A stretch of 63,634 nucleotides of DNA, the filler included, from Choristocarpus tenellus KU-1152 (Eukaryota > Protista > Phaeophyceae): assembly GCA_964200185.2 (NCBI GenBank). It is 10 parts of 10 records of this genome, joined end to end, with 100 filler letters (N's around TTAATTAATTAA, not from the genome) between each part and the next. Parts side by side here need not be neighbours in the genome. Positions count along the whole stretch, not along the records: positions 1 to 11,723 come from CAXNAD020002168.1; 9 more parts are not named here. The stretch is one strand, 5' to 3'. A program made the translations under genes and the position numbers. Positions within the stretch are counted from its first letter, which is position 1, and every line of letters starts with the position of its first letter. Shown here in pieces: positions 1 through 11,823 of the stretch. The notes under the pieces were generated by a model. The model saw nothing but the letters and a program-made list of their open reading frames with translations, was not told the DNA's origin and made no database searches.

Positions 1-109
1 GGTTTGGGGGGTTGGAGCTAGACACTGTCAAAGGGGGGGTTGACTAGGGGGCTTTGGGGACAGGCAGTAGTAGTGGGGGGATAGACTTGGGAATCAGTTG
101 TGACAAAGA

Positions 110-371
110 GAGTCAAAGTATCTTAGAGGGTAGAGCCGCGTCCATTTGGGGGCCAAAATTCAATGTTGTGATTTTGGTGTAGTTTTGGCTATATCGTGTT
201 TGTTAGGAAGTGTCAATATCCATGTATCGGACTCACCTTTTCATAACATACACACTCTCCCTACTCCGAAACAGTTTGGAGTAGAAAAATGTCATAAAGA
301 ACCCACGGGAAGCCAAGCCTCAAATGGACAAACAAGGCAAAACTCGTATACCCTCTAATATACTTTCACTT
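110..371 (+). mobile_element. MITE family A, full copy (~260 bp)
   Basis: Imperfect TIRs GAGTCAAAGTATCTTAGAGGGTA ... TACCCTCTAATATACTTTCACTT; subterminal GTCCATTTGGG/CAAATGGAC; central CTACTCC..GGAGTAG hairpin; about 10 homologous copies in the window. Confidence 0.85.
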
Positions 372-1165
372 AACACAGCTGTCAGTGTAGTGCTCAACAG
401 TCTTTGACAGCGATGCATGCACATAGGTCTACCATCACACTGGGCAGCACTTGCATTTTTTTTTAGATTTGAGGTAATTTTGATTTAATGGAATTTAGTT
501 TTGTCTCAGATCCTCTTATCTTGAGCTTCCGATGCATCGACCAAACAAAACTGTCAACCCTGTCCTTGTATCATAACCTTGAGCGATATTGCAGTAACGA
601 TATTGATCCCAGCGCTCTTGAGAGGGTTAGGGTGTAATATTATCCACCGCTCAGAACGAAGTGAGCTGCTCTTGTCCACAAGCACAACCTTTACCTGACT
701 ACATTGTCAGCAACTGGTGGCAATTGATTCTTTCTTTTGATTGTTGACTCTCAACCACTCTCTACACTGTACTGACAAATGACTCTTTGTCCTGTACTAC
801 TTCTATGTACTTCACGAAAATACAATACCAATTGTACCGTTCACTATCACACACAGTGTCAATAGCGCGAAACGCAAACCACTGTTTAACAAGCAAGATT
901 CCATCACCAGGACCTCATCCAACAATCTCTCCATTCTCTTCCTGGTACTTGTAGTGTGCTATGAGCTTCTTCATAAGCTCACCAAATCGTACCTCCCTCT
1001 CCACATACTCTTCAGGACCCTCTCCCCCTTGGTCCCTTGGCACGCCCATCTGTGTGAAATCAGTGTAAGGCTCACTATAGAAGGCATCATGAAGACCAGC
1101 ATCCCCTGTCCAGTCAGTGTTGCCCTCCAACTCTCCAGAGTCATCATATGAATGAAGCATGTTTC

Positions 1166-1342
1166 GACCCAAAGTATCTGGGGGAGTGGGGTCCACACCA
1201 GGGTGTCCATTTGGGCCATAACCAGGAAAAGTGCACTTACATTATCCATCCGACGTATGCAACCAAATCACAAAAAAATCGTGACATGGAAAAGATTGAC
1301 CCCAAATGGACAGCCGCCACCCCCTCCCACATACTTCGAGCC
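1166..1342 (+). mobile_element. MITE family B (~177 bp) inserted in the Harbinger transposase
   Basis: GACCCAAAGTATCTGGGGG ... CCCACATACTTCGAGCC; splits CCILQ|NMLH; flanks TTC/TTT. Confidence 0.85.
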
Positions 1343-2383
1343 TTTGCAATATGCAACAAGGGAAAAATATGTTATCTTCTTCCTGTGCGAATATAGTAGT
1401 GGCAGCTTGATGATTCTGAAGCGACCCTTGACTCTGCCAAAAGAGCACTCGATATCCTCGTGTACACTTTCCACTCGTTCACTCCCCCTTGCCTGTGCCT
1501 GTGTGACACATGTCTTCAGGGGGCATATTGTGCACCTCCACGGCAAATGCAAAGATCGGGTTGGGCAAAAGACTGTTGAGTTGCTGATTTCACGAGCACT
1601 CATTTTTACAGGAGCACAAATAACACTGGCATGGCCCTACTGTCACGTATTTTCCATCACCTTGTGGTAGCCCCCATCAACAATGACATAGGCCCCTTTC
1701 TCGGTGTAATAGTTCCTGTCGGAGTCCTTAAGGTTGTACTCCAGCTGTCTGTATGTGGGGTCATTCCGAAGTTTCTGGATAGCACCATCATATCAAATTA
1801 TTTTCTTATCGTTTTTGGCTCCAGGAAACCCAGCAGTCACTCCCCGTGCAAATCCAGTATGGTCAACAGTCACTTCAAAGGCGACTGTTGTGTAACCCTC
1901 CTTAACGATGAAATACGGGGCATCACTAATTGGCGCCCTCTTCCACTGCACATGTGTCACATGAGTGGATCCTACAGCACCAGGAAATCCCACAGCTCCA
2001 TACGTCCGCATGACCTTCCCCGAATCTTCGCCCTCTGGTAGGTAAACCCACTTAGAGTACATATCACGCGCAAAACACTCACAGAAGCGATGAAACGTGG
2101 TTTGCGCTGTGCTCTCAGATATACTGGAAAGTTGCTCAATATCATCAAAGCAGTTTCCCCTGGCGAGGATTTGGAGAACCGATAGCACCTGCAGGCGGCA
2201 AGTCAAATCCAGTGCTGCCAAACCAAAGGGCAGTTGAATCTACGAGTCCTATCGAGGCAGTGCTTTCACACACAAACTCTACTGGCGGGCATGCTCACCT
2301 TCAGCTTCATGGGTATGCCAGGGCGTCCGGTGGCATCTGCCGTTCGATACCCAAGTCACTCCTGCCTTTGTACCTCCTTCACT

Positions 2384-2560
2384 GACCCAAAGTATCTAGG
2401 GGGGGGGGTATCTACTACACCAGGGTGTCCATTTGGGTTATAACCACGAAAGGTGCACTTGCATTATCCATCCGAGCTATGCAACCAAATCACATAAAAA
2501 TCGCGACATGGAAAAATTGGCCCCAAATGGACAGCCGCCACCCCCCAGATACTTTGAGCC
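2384..2560 (+). mobile_element. MITE family B inserted in the Harbinger transposase
   Basis: GACCCAAAGTATCTAGGGG ... CCCCAGATACTTTGAGCC; flanks ACT/GCT; splits FEDL|VKEV. Confidence 0.85.
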
Positions 2561-3234
2561 GCTAAATCTTCAAATAAAACAAATGGGACTCGAAACCGCT
2601 TCCTAAACTTCAGCGCCTCCCGCGAAGTGACATCTCTCAGAGCTTCCTTTCTCCCCAGCATAACCCTCCACCAGCTCGCCATGTAAACAGGCCGATCGTG
2701 GGGGGTGCGACACCTGCGAAATAATGGACATTCTTCCTCCTTATCATCCTCGTACATCAAAGCGTAGATAAGCAATGTCACAGTTGCGCTTATCATCCGC
2801 CTAAATCTTGCCTGCAACCTAAAGGTAGATTAATCGAAAGACAATGAACTAGAGGACCACGAACTGGAAGACGATGAACTCGGCAATGATGAACTGGAGG
2901 ACGATGACATTCGGCCTCTCTCACTCTCTTCATCCATTTTGTCCATCTTGAATCAGATGTCCTATGTATAATATCTCTGTACCCCGAAGTAGTATGTTAA
3001 GATCAACAACAGAGGGGAAATCGAAACGCCAACAATTCCGTTCAGATTTGCCTTGAAAATTGGTCATGAATCCTCTGATCCACCCTTTGTTCAGATTTGC
3101 CTCGTTCAGAAATGCAAAAAAAAAAACGTATAGTTTACACTGGTGAGGATTTTCTCTCTGGAAATGCCCCAAAATGTTTTTTTTTGTAAAAGCAAAACGA
3201 AACGGCCCTGAAAACGTGCGCATAAGAGATGGCC

Positions 3235-3362
3235 TAACGTATGCATTTTACCTACTCCAAAACAAATCCGAGTAGGAATATATCATAAAAACCCTGGGGG
3301 AAGCCAAGTCGCAAAAGGACACAAACAGGGCAAAACTCGTACCCTCTCAGATACTTTCACCC
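3235..3362 (+). mobile_element. MITE family A, 3' half (cut at an internal TAA by the Harbinger element)
   Basis: TAACGTATGCATTTTACCTACTCC...CTCGTACCCTCTCAGATACTTTCACCC matches the 3' half of family A. Confidence 0.75.
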
Positions 3363-4589
3363 AAAAGAACGATATCTGAATACCTCCAAGAATTCGCCAA
3401 AGATAAACCTTCGAAAGTCTGGGGGGTTCTTAAATCCAGTAGGAAGATTAATGAACATGGAACAAGAATCCAGAGCCAGCGCAGCACACACCACAAGAAG
3501 CAGAACCTGACATTGAAGGACTGGGACAACATATTAGGGTGCATCAACCCATCAACTATCAAGCACCTCCAGAAGCGTGGGCTGTTGGAGATCACCGATG
3601 CTACTGCGGCATCGGAACTGTGATACAAATTTTGAGAGGAGTGTAATCAGAGACTCTAAGCTATCAACAAGGTGGGACCATTCTACCCAGACATCACTGG
3701 TCACAAGTACTCCAGATGTTTGTCGATGAGAGCAGTCGAGACAAGCGGGTTTATGGATTGAAAATTAAAGATGCAGCAACACAGCCGCTGCCTATATCGA
3801 CCAGATAGCTAGAGTAGGGCATATCAGTTGAATGCATCAGTGGGGATGATGCTGGTGAGGTTGGAAGGTCAGTAAAATTCCAAAGGATGTTGGTGAACAA
3901 CACTGACAGATGGAGGGAGTCTCCACCTAGAACACCACAGAGCAACAGGATCACAGAAAGGGCGATAAAACAACTCATGGGGGCAGGAAAGGAGTCAACT
4001 GGTGAAGGCTTGCCTGGGCGATAGGTACTGGTTCTATACCATCACGGATGCCGCCTTCAAAACTGGAGGCATGCCACATGAATAACTGGGAGGAGAAACA
4101 CCATGTGAGCGTCTGACTGGCAAAACCTTCAACTACGATAGGCTTCGGGCCTGGGGGAGCGAGTGCTACATTCACGAAGAGAAACAGCAGAGGGAAGCTG
4201 GTTCAAAGATTCACCCATACGGTAAGCAAGGGATTATCATGAGACACAATTGTACATCTCTCTGTTGGTACATCTGGCTTCCTCAAGAGGCCAAGTTGGT
4301 GACCTCAGCCCAAGTGACATTCGAGCCAGATGAACACATCATGGACTTCGTGGGGGAGGAAGAGAACATGACTTTGGCCGACAATAACGATATCTCCGAT
4401 ATTTATGAAGACTCTGATGAGTATTTTGATAGTGACTACGATTCGATACCGCAAACAACAACCATGACCAAGAACTCGACAAGTTCACCGACTGAGCAAC
4501 GGAGGTCAGTCAGGATAGTTGAACAATCCAGGGTGGACTACAGGCGTCTACACACTGGAGATACCAAGGAACTGGGTGTTGAAATCTGA
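3363..4589 (+). mobile_element. Ty1/copia GAG-pre-integrase and integrase remnant
   Basis: Frameshifted translation: LGCINPSTIKHLQKRGLLEITD, KVGPFYPD, FVDESSR, GDDAGE, SPPRTPQSNRITERAIKQLM, LRAWGSECYIH, VTSAQVTFE. Confidence 0.75.
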
Positions 4590-5207
4590 ATCGAATGCAT
4601 CGTACTTGTGAGCAAAATGCGTAGACTACGAGCGATGAGGGATCGTAGTCTTGCAAAGCACTGATAAGTAAAATGCGTAGTCTGTATTGTGAATAGATGT
4701 GATTGTGCAGCAAAGCACCGATGTATTTATTTTGTTGTAACTGAGGTCATTGATCGCTCAGTCAAAAATAATATGATGTGAATTCAGTGTTCTTTGATGA
4801 GATACTCAACGGAAGAAGTCCATGCTCTGTGGAGAGGCTTGTTACCTTGACTGGCAAGGGTTTCCGGATGGTTTAACTCTGAATAAATAACATCCAGGTG
4901 TGCATCAGGTACACTTATTGCAAAGTGAGCTTGGTGCATTATGAGGGGTCAATGGTAACTAAGAAAGAAATATTAAACAATTAACGTACAACCGTCATCT
5001 TCTGCTGCTAAAATGAAGAGAGAGAAAACAAAAAAAGGGAAAACAACAGAACAACAGAACAACAGAACAAGCTTTTGAATCAATACGTGATGCAACTCAA
5101 GTGACGCATACTATTCCTCTGTGTAGAATGCAGAGCGACAGTTCTGTACTGTACTGTCCTGTTCTGACGTTAATTGATGTGGTGGTGATGAACTAGTGAC
5201 ATCAACG
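4577..5207 (+). repeat. Putative LTR directly after the integrase
   Basis: Purine-rich AAGGAACTGGG followed by TGTTGA...TCAAC(G) short inverted termini; non-coding, AT-rich. Confidence 0.4.
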
Positions 5208-5389
5208 ACCAGTGCCTAACGGACCAGTCAACAGTCAGTATTGACTGGTGGAACTGTATTGTATTAAGGAAAAACAAATGAGTAGCCTATGTTTTACCAC
5301 TGGGTGAGTATATAGACATTATGTTCGGAGCAAACACGGACGATGCTTACTGTTTGGTGGGCATGGCAGGTGTCATCTCGATAGGTCAC

Positions 5390-6929
5390 CAGGAACCATC
5401 AACAATCGCAGAAGCCCTTGCAGGGCCTGATGCAGAGCACTGGCAGGAGGCATTTACGCAGGAGATGGAGGGTTAACGAAGCAAAGGAACCTTCCATGAC
5501 GGAGAGAGTCTGCCACCAGGGGAGAACCGTCAAAACAAAATTAATATTCAAGATATAAAGGGCGGCCGATGGAGACATCGAAAAATTCAAGGCCAGGCTG
5601 GTGGCACAGGGTTTTTCCCAGCAAGAAGGGGTCAGCTCTTTCTGCACGTTCAGTCCAGTGGTGGGATTTGAAGTCATTCAGGCAGTCCTGACTACAGCAG
5701 CCGACAGAAACCGGGTTTTCAACTCCCTACACTTCACTCAAGTCTACTTAACATACCACTCGCTGAGGATGTATGGCTATAACTGCCCAATGGGTCCATC
5801 ATGAAAGCTGCCATGGTCATCTATGACCTAAAGCAATCAGCAATGGAGTGGTACAGGGAGCTCAAGGGGTCAATATTAGATGAGGGGTGGAGTGTCAGAA
5901 ACTTTGACGCCTGCCTGAGCATGAAGAGGAGCGACGATGGTCCGATTGTTATCCTCTTCCACTATGTGGATGACATCTCGTTGACTGGAGACTTTGATGA
6001 GGAAATAAAGCGGATGAGGACCAGTCTGCTGACCAAATACGAGGGATGGTAACTCGGGACCCTAGACAAGTTAGTCGGGGTGGCAATCAGCCGAGACGAG
6101 ACTGGTATCACACTGGACCAGCGTTTTAACGCAGAGAGCATTGTTTGCGAGGGAATGGGATCGACAGAGGTACGGAATACCTCGTCACCCTTGAACCCAG
6201 GAATAGCAGGAATAGACCTGACCCCAAGGAGAATTGATGAGGAGGAGCTAGACCAGAGGTACAGACCTTACTGCACCATTTTGGGGAGACTCATGTTCCT
6301 AGTTGCCATGACACAACCAGACCTGTCCAACAGTGTGCGGGAGCTGGGAAGATATGTAGCATCTCCGTGCAACCGACACAGGAAAGGGATGCAACATGTT
6401 CTATGATACATTGCAGGTACCATAAAAGTAGGGATACACTATCCTGTTGGTGGTAAATTGCACAACAGGGGTTTGGTCGGATAACGGAGACTCAGACTGG
6501 GGCAATGACACTGCATCAAGACGGAGCGTGACAGGGTTTCTAATACCCATGAATGGAGCACCTGATACATGGAAATCGAAGATGCAAGGAGGTGTAACCA
6601 CATCTCCCTCAGAAGCAGAATGAACAGCGATGATATACGGAATGAGACATGCAATATGTCTCAGAGGAATCCTGGGGGAGCTTGGTATACCCCAAGGGGT
6701 TATGACCTGTTATGAGGACAACCGAGGCGCAATCCAAGCAGGGACAACTGAGGGGTTCAATGGAAGAACGAGGCATGTAGACAAAAAGCTGAAATGCACA
6801 AGGGAACAGGTAAGCAAAGGTATTTATACAGTGAAGTATATACCTACTACATTACAACTTGCTGACATTTTATCAAAGAGATTACGAAAGAAGCGGGTAG
6901 AAGACTTCGTAGACAATGCGTTGATATGA
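5390..6929 (+). mobile_element. Ty1/copia reverse transcriptase and RNase H pseudogene
   Basis: EPSTIAEALAGPDAEHWQEA, FKARLVAQGFSQQEG, IYDLKQSAMEWY, YVDD at ~5963, TQPDLSNSVRELGRY, DSDWGND..RRSVTG, YEDNRGAI, LQLADILSKRL; polypurine tract ATGGGGAAG at ~6983. Confidence 0.9.
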
Positions 6930-6993
6930 TGAATGTAGTGCATGAGAGTTGAAGCAATCTGTATTCTTTTACTCCCACTCTCATGGGGAAGTA

Positions 6994-7588
6994 TGCAAAA
7001 CAGGAACATCGCAAGGTGTACCTTGTTTTGTGTTTAGTGAGATTATACCATTGGACTGAGTTCATGTGATGTAACTAATGAGATAGTACATCCAGATAAT
7101 ATATGGAGTTTGGCATTACATTTAAACTACTCTAACATAGCCATTGACTAGTGTACGAAACACAAGTATTAATAAAAAACAAGCAATAAGAAGACACCCC
7201 ACAAGGTCACTCTTCTAATTTCATTCACCCATTCTTCTCACGTTTAGCGAAGGCCATCGTGTGAGGCTATACACCTTTTCTTCACTACTGATCAAGTAGC
7301 AATACTTTCCGAGGTTAATTGCGCAGATATCATGTTTGTGCTCTGAAGAATAGAGGATAGGTTTGGGTTAAAGAACTAGAATATGGAAGAATTCGGGAAT
7401 AGGAAACATTGTAGCAAGTAATCTGTGATTAGTGTTTACTGATTTGGGGGCAAGAACTCCTCCGTTTGGGGTTGAAAGTTCACTCCTTCTTTCTCATTCC
7501 ATACTTCGTCTACAACCTGTCCAACCCACTAAGGAATTAAGCAAGTCATTTAAATACACAAGTCTTGGGAACATCAGCTTCTTCAACA
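6994..7588 (+). repeat. Putative 3' LTR of the copia element
   Basis: TG immediately after the polypurine tract; ends ..CTTCAACA; non-coding. Confidence 0.35.
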
Positions 7589-7859
7589 TGCTAGCTAGCA
7601 TTACTTATTGAAGTGTACTAAGTTTTCGAGGCTAGCGTAAATTGATTGGAAGGGGAGTCCCAATGGAGGTGGCAATCGGTTACAGGACATGTATTGAGTA
7701 CTTCGAGAAGAGGGGAGTATAGAGAGACGACACCTACAACACCAGTTTAAGATGGTTGGGTGGAAGTTGAGTCAGAATGCGAGGATGAAGACGAAGAGCT
7801 AGTTAGCAGAGCCGCATAACATGTAAATACTACAGGACAGAGCCTGTGGCGAATCATCC

Positions 7860-8720
7860 CACTCCCGGCAAAGTCCAAAGGTGATAGCAGGGAAGGTTGT
7901 CCAATATTTGAGAGAAACTTCCTTGCGTGTGCCACCATGGGGGGATGGAAGGATGTTCTTCTGACAGAAGACCACATCAGAGTGAGCTGTGATATTCTTG
8001 ATGAAACGAGATGGACTGAGGGAGAAGTCGAAAAGGCAAGTATGGCTATGGCAGCTTTGGTGATGGGTTCGGGTGAACTCGCCAAGCAAATTACTGACAA
8101 TCATGACGGTCCTTCGGAAGCGCTCCAAGCTCTGAGGAACCATTTTTCCAGAAATGGCACTACTGAGGGAGCAATAATGAGGTTCAAGCTTAGTTCACTT
8201 CATCTAGCTGCGGGGGAAGACCCGACCATGGTCGTTATGGAGCTGGACAGGCTGATCAATAGATGAGGGCGATTGACGAAGAGCCAAATGAGGAGCCCCA
8301 GATCAGCGCAATGCATAATTGCCTTTCTGAGGAGTACGTTGTTGAGGTTTGAAATGTTACTGGGAGAAGGCGTGCAGCCAGACTCGATCTTCAAAGACAA
8401 CCTGTTAGACCTACCGTTTGCGTAAATGCCAACGAGAACAATGGATGGAGAGCAATGCTGGGGCACTGATGGTGGGTGGAGCCCTTGTGAGAGGTGGACC
8501 TACAGGGTGTCGAAAGGATCAATGATCAGGACATGTGGAGTGCTGGCTGTGTGTAGGACCACACTTTCAATCCTCTTGCCCTACTGCTGTTTCCTCACAT
8601 TCCGAATCCTACGCAGGTACTTGTTATGTTTGTGGAATGATAGGACACAAGGCTTACTGTTTGTTGCGAAAACGCACTGGACCTGTTGGTGTGACTGGTC
8701 AAGGGTCGAATCATTCTGGA
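7860..8720 (+). mobile_element. Copia-type gag remnant with two zinc knuckles
   Basis: UBN2-like PSEALQALRNHFS..FKLSSLHLAAGEDPTMVVMELDRL; CCHC-like motifs CWLCVGPHFQSSC and CYVCGMIGHKAYC; internal stops. Confidence 0.7.
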
Positions 8721-8769
8721 CCAAACCCCAGAAGGAAGAGGACGAATGATAAATGAAAGTAGGGAAACG

Positions 8770-8848
8770 ATACTGACGTTTGTATAGTTTTCATTTGTTT
8801 TCCCCCTGACACATCTGCAAAATGTCAAAGGGCATAATAATATAATAC
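8770..8848 (+). repeat. Dispersed hairpin-plus-(ATAAT) tail repeat, family D
   Basis: TTTCATTTGTTTTCCCCCTGACACATCTGCAAAATGTCAAAGGGCATAATAATATAAT; homologs at ~12852-12910, ~16634-16692, ~55950-56037 (-) and a partial at ~55611-55637 (-). Confidence 0.7.
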
Positions 8849-9410
8849 AGTGGGTTACCCGATTTTGTTCACCCATAGGCATGCCCGAAAAAAGCGGAAC
8901 AAAATTGATGTGGTACGAAACCCCATTGTGTATCACTTGGTACAAAACCGGGTATCCGACTATGTGCCAAATGATACAATATCGGGAGAATTTTTAAAGC
9001 AGGATTGCACACGTCTGACGACTACGACTAGTAATCGTGGTAACCGTAATCGTTGAGCTAATCCTGGAGAGTTTCAAGAATTACTCGTAGAATCGACTAA
9101 TAATCGTGGCATTCCTGGGAAATCAATCGTCGAAGCGACTATCAATCGTCAGTTTATTTTTCGACACCCACGATCGTGATTAAATCGTTTTTACGATTAA
9201 ATAATCGTCAGACGTGTGCAGGGTTGTGAAAAGACGAAAGACTGAATCGACGCACAGACTCGCTACAACATGATTGTAACTGTACGCCACATACTCCACG
9301 GGTCAGTGGATATGTTTCGTGGTCCTCGCAAGCTTCATGGGTAGGATGGAAACGATTACGAGCACTTTTTTTTTTAATATTTATGTGTTAATGCGCATAA
9401 TGCTATATAT
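8848..9410 (+). repeat. Dispersed repeat family C (TA|CAGTGGG.. start, possibly a Tc1/pogo-type non-autonomous end)
   Basis: Clearly homologous to 62863-63634; internal inverted pair TGCACACGTCTGACGA / TCGTCAGACGTGTGCA enclosing degenerate ~42-bp units. Confidence 0.7.
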
Positions 9411-9434
9411 TTAATTATTTAATGCGCTTAATGC

Positions 9435-9770
9435 TGTTCGTAGATAGTGCTGCTGATACNNNNNNNNNNGTAGAGAGCCAGTGACAGATATATTATATGT
9501 ACTGACTCATAGCTTTGAATGGTTATGTCATGTTCAAGATACACTTTCTATACTTAAGATAAGTAAATAAGTAATTCATAGTAAATAGTGTGGACGATTA
9601 CAAACCCCACACGATAGAGTAATGATGGTAGTTAAGGCTAGAGTCTCACCCACGAGCTCAGTCATCGGAGTAGAGACCAAGGCCCTTGTAATATTAACAT
9701 TGTTCATCTATACCAAGCTGTTCTTTGTCCTTCATTAGGGTTAGGGTTAGGGTTAGGGTTAGGGTTAGGG

Positions 9771-9811
<41 letters not shown>

Positions 9812-9877
9812 GGTTAGGGTTAGGGTTAGGGTTAAAGCACCATTAAAGCCGCGGGTCCAGTGTGGGATAGTTCAACA
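9435..9877 (-). mobile_element. Solo LTR (TGTTGAAC...TACGAACA family) carrying a telomeric insertion
   Basis: Reverse complement of 31749-32154; TG..CA termini; contains a 10-N gap. Confidence 0.8.
9735..9834 (+). repeat. Interstitial telomeric array (TTAGGG)~16
   Basis: Direct reading; one TTTAGGG variant unit. Confidence 0.97.
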
Positions 9878-10208
9878 TACAATGCCCCACACGAATGAAT
9901 CCACGCTGTCCATGTACAGATGTCAAATATCCCCTTATATCCCCTTATATCCCCTCTAACCCACATAAATTCCTCCCATATAACTTCCAATCCTTCCAAA
10001 CCAGTGTCATTTTGTTCTCCCAATCTGCAACTGCCACTGACACCTTTCACATTATATTTTACAAGTTACGTAGGGCAAAGAAGCGCATCACATTAATTCA
10101 TTCCGCTGCCTAAGCGTATCCTCTGTAATACGTAAAACTATCCGTTTCTCGAAAAGATCAACAAACAACACCCCTACACAACCAAACAAGGCCATCACGC
10201 GCAAACAC

Positions 10209-11230
10209 ATGCCAATAGTCCTACACATCAAAGCAACCCCTGCAACAAACATGTTTGTGGTGATGCAGGACGCACAACCGGGTCCCCACGTCGTGCCTGT
10301 TCAGACTATCATCATCCCAGACTTCACAGATATCGACCACAGACACCTGGACAACACATTCACGATCCTGCCTGGTCAATACCAAAGGTTCATCTCGGAA
10401 TCCAGCTGGCAATCCCTCGGTGGGATACCTGCTCGCTTCTCTAGATAACTCAGACTTGGGGACACATCCGACACCAGGTTCGGTCGAGGAACCAGCTTCA
10501 TCCTACGCGCGAGTGGGGAGGCCATCGTACAGGGGAAGGTCAGCGATGTTCACATTGATGGTTCAGGGGCGTACATTTACTCAGAGTCCTACCTCCCGGA
10601 CGATGGCGAAAAGTATTTTCCCCGTCAACTGGGGTCGTACATGACAGAGGACGAGATCAAGGAGGGTGTCAACCAACTTCGAGAGAAGAACAAGAGGAAC
10701 AGTGACGAGGCTGCAGCCCTGTGTGTTAGACAACGCCGTCGGTCGATTGTTGACTTCCAGCAGAAGCGTAGGGACTTGGAGAAGGATACATAGAGGTATA
10801 TAATCCTTGAACCGACATTGAGTTATGTGCCAGATATAGATGAGGGAGAAACACTCAATGCCAAAGCCAAGGGCAGGGGACTATACTTAGATGGGACGAT
10901 CAGTGGATACGAGGGACCGTGACCAAATACCAGCCCCAGTACACGGTGAACGTTAGAGAGGAGCGAGTCAGCTACCCCTACGAGGCCAAATGGGAGAGTG
11001 GTGACTTGCGAAATATTCAGCTTCTTGTCTAACACTACAGTATTGATCAAGATGCTCCTACACGGGCCTGGTTCTGGACAAGTCCTACACTGCCACCACA
11101 TACTGACGAGAGACACGACTTTGAGGAGCAACATAGGCCAATTTCTGTCCGTGAGTCACCCTCTACTTCGCAAGTCCGACACATTCCTCGACAGACATGT
11201 TATCATGGAGAGATCGGACGTTATCTAAAT
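10209..11230 (+). pseudogene. Intronless decayed ORF of unknown function (~340 codons)
   Basis: One frame from ATG 10209 reads ~240 codons with only two stops (at ~10446 and ~10790), then a frameshift; a segment LYLDGTI..YTV..KWESGD is weakly Tudor-like. Confidence 0.4.
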
Positions 11231-11723
11231 CAACGGACTTCTGCATTTGGTACATTGAACTTATTATCTTCCCGAAGAGTTTGTTTATGTGTCCTCATAC
11301 GCACGTTTTTTTTGGCCCAGTGGCAACCTAGATTTCATCTCCATTAGTGCGTTCTGCCACCATCCTCTAATACTTTTACTGCCATGCCCCAATCCTTTTT
11401 CCTCCCCTCGTTGCGTTGATCAGACCACAGAGCAATTGACAGAAACCTTACTACAAATACGTTGACGCACAAGCATCTCATACTCCATACCACCATCTTC
11501 AGCACAAGTCGAGATTTCCACAACAGATTACCTCTCTTCCACACCCAAACCAAGCGGCGGCAACCACGCCGGCTCCAAGCTTTGAATCAAACGGCAGCTT
11601 CCCTGAGCCATAATAACATAGTCTACACCCACCCAAGCTCCAAGCGTAGTCCTAAATGCATTTTAGTCCAAAAGACATCATACGAGGACGGTGGCTGGGG
11701 TCAAAGTATCTTGGGGGGGGGGG

Positions 11724-11823
11724 NNNNNNNNNNNNNNNNNNNNNNNNNNNNNNNNNNNNNNNNNNNNTTAATTAATTAANNNNNNNNNNNNNNNNNNNNN
11801 NNNNNNNNNNNNNNNNNNNNNNN
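11724..11823. other. Artificial contig linker (N44-TTAATTAATTAA-N44)
   Basis: Same 100-bp linker at 15594, 24497, 27775, 31130, 33850, 40738, 43867 and 49958; places stops in all six frames. Confidence 0.95.

Larger units (their letters stand above)
915..3234 (-). mobile_element. Decayed PIF/Harbinger DNA transposon (Plant_tran/DDE_Tnp_4-like transposase pseudogene)
   Basis: Minus-strand fragments FRKRFRVPFVLFEDL (2464-2817), LQILARGNCFDDIEQLSSISEST..GFPGAVGSTHVTHVQWKRAP..GFPGAKND (1793-2221), ESVHEDIECSFGRVKGRFRIIK (1268-1603), CCILQ/NMLH; terminus ..AGATGGCC at 3234 followed by TAA; frameshifts and two MITE-B insertions. Confidence 0.85.

Noticed and set aside
146-358. Recurrent short ORFs of the type ..PTPKHFGVEKCHK..NGQTGQNSYPLRYF
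   Set aside because: Translations of non-coding MITE-A copies; frames are not conserved among copies
1166-1342. MITE-B as an introner (self-splicing-out transposon)
   Set aside because: No consistent GT/GC..AG at the element edges, and it is seen only in pseudogenes, introns and intergenic DNA
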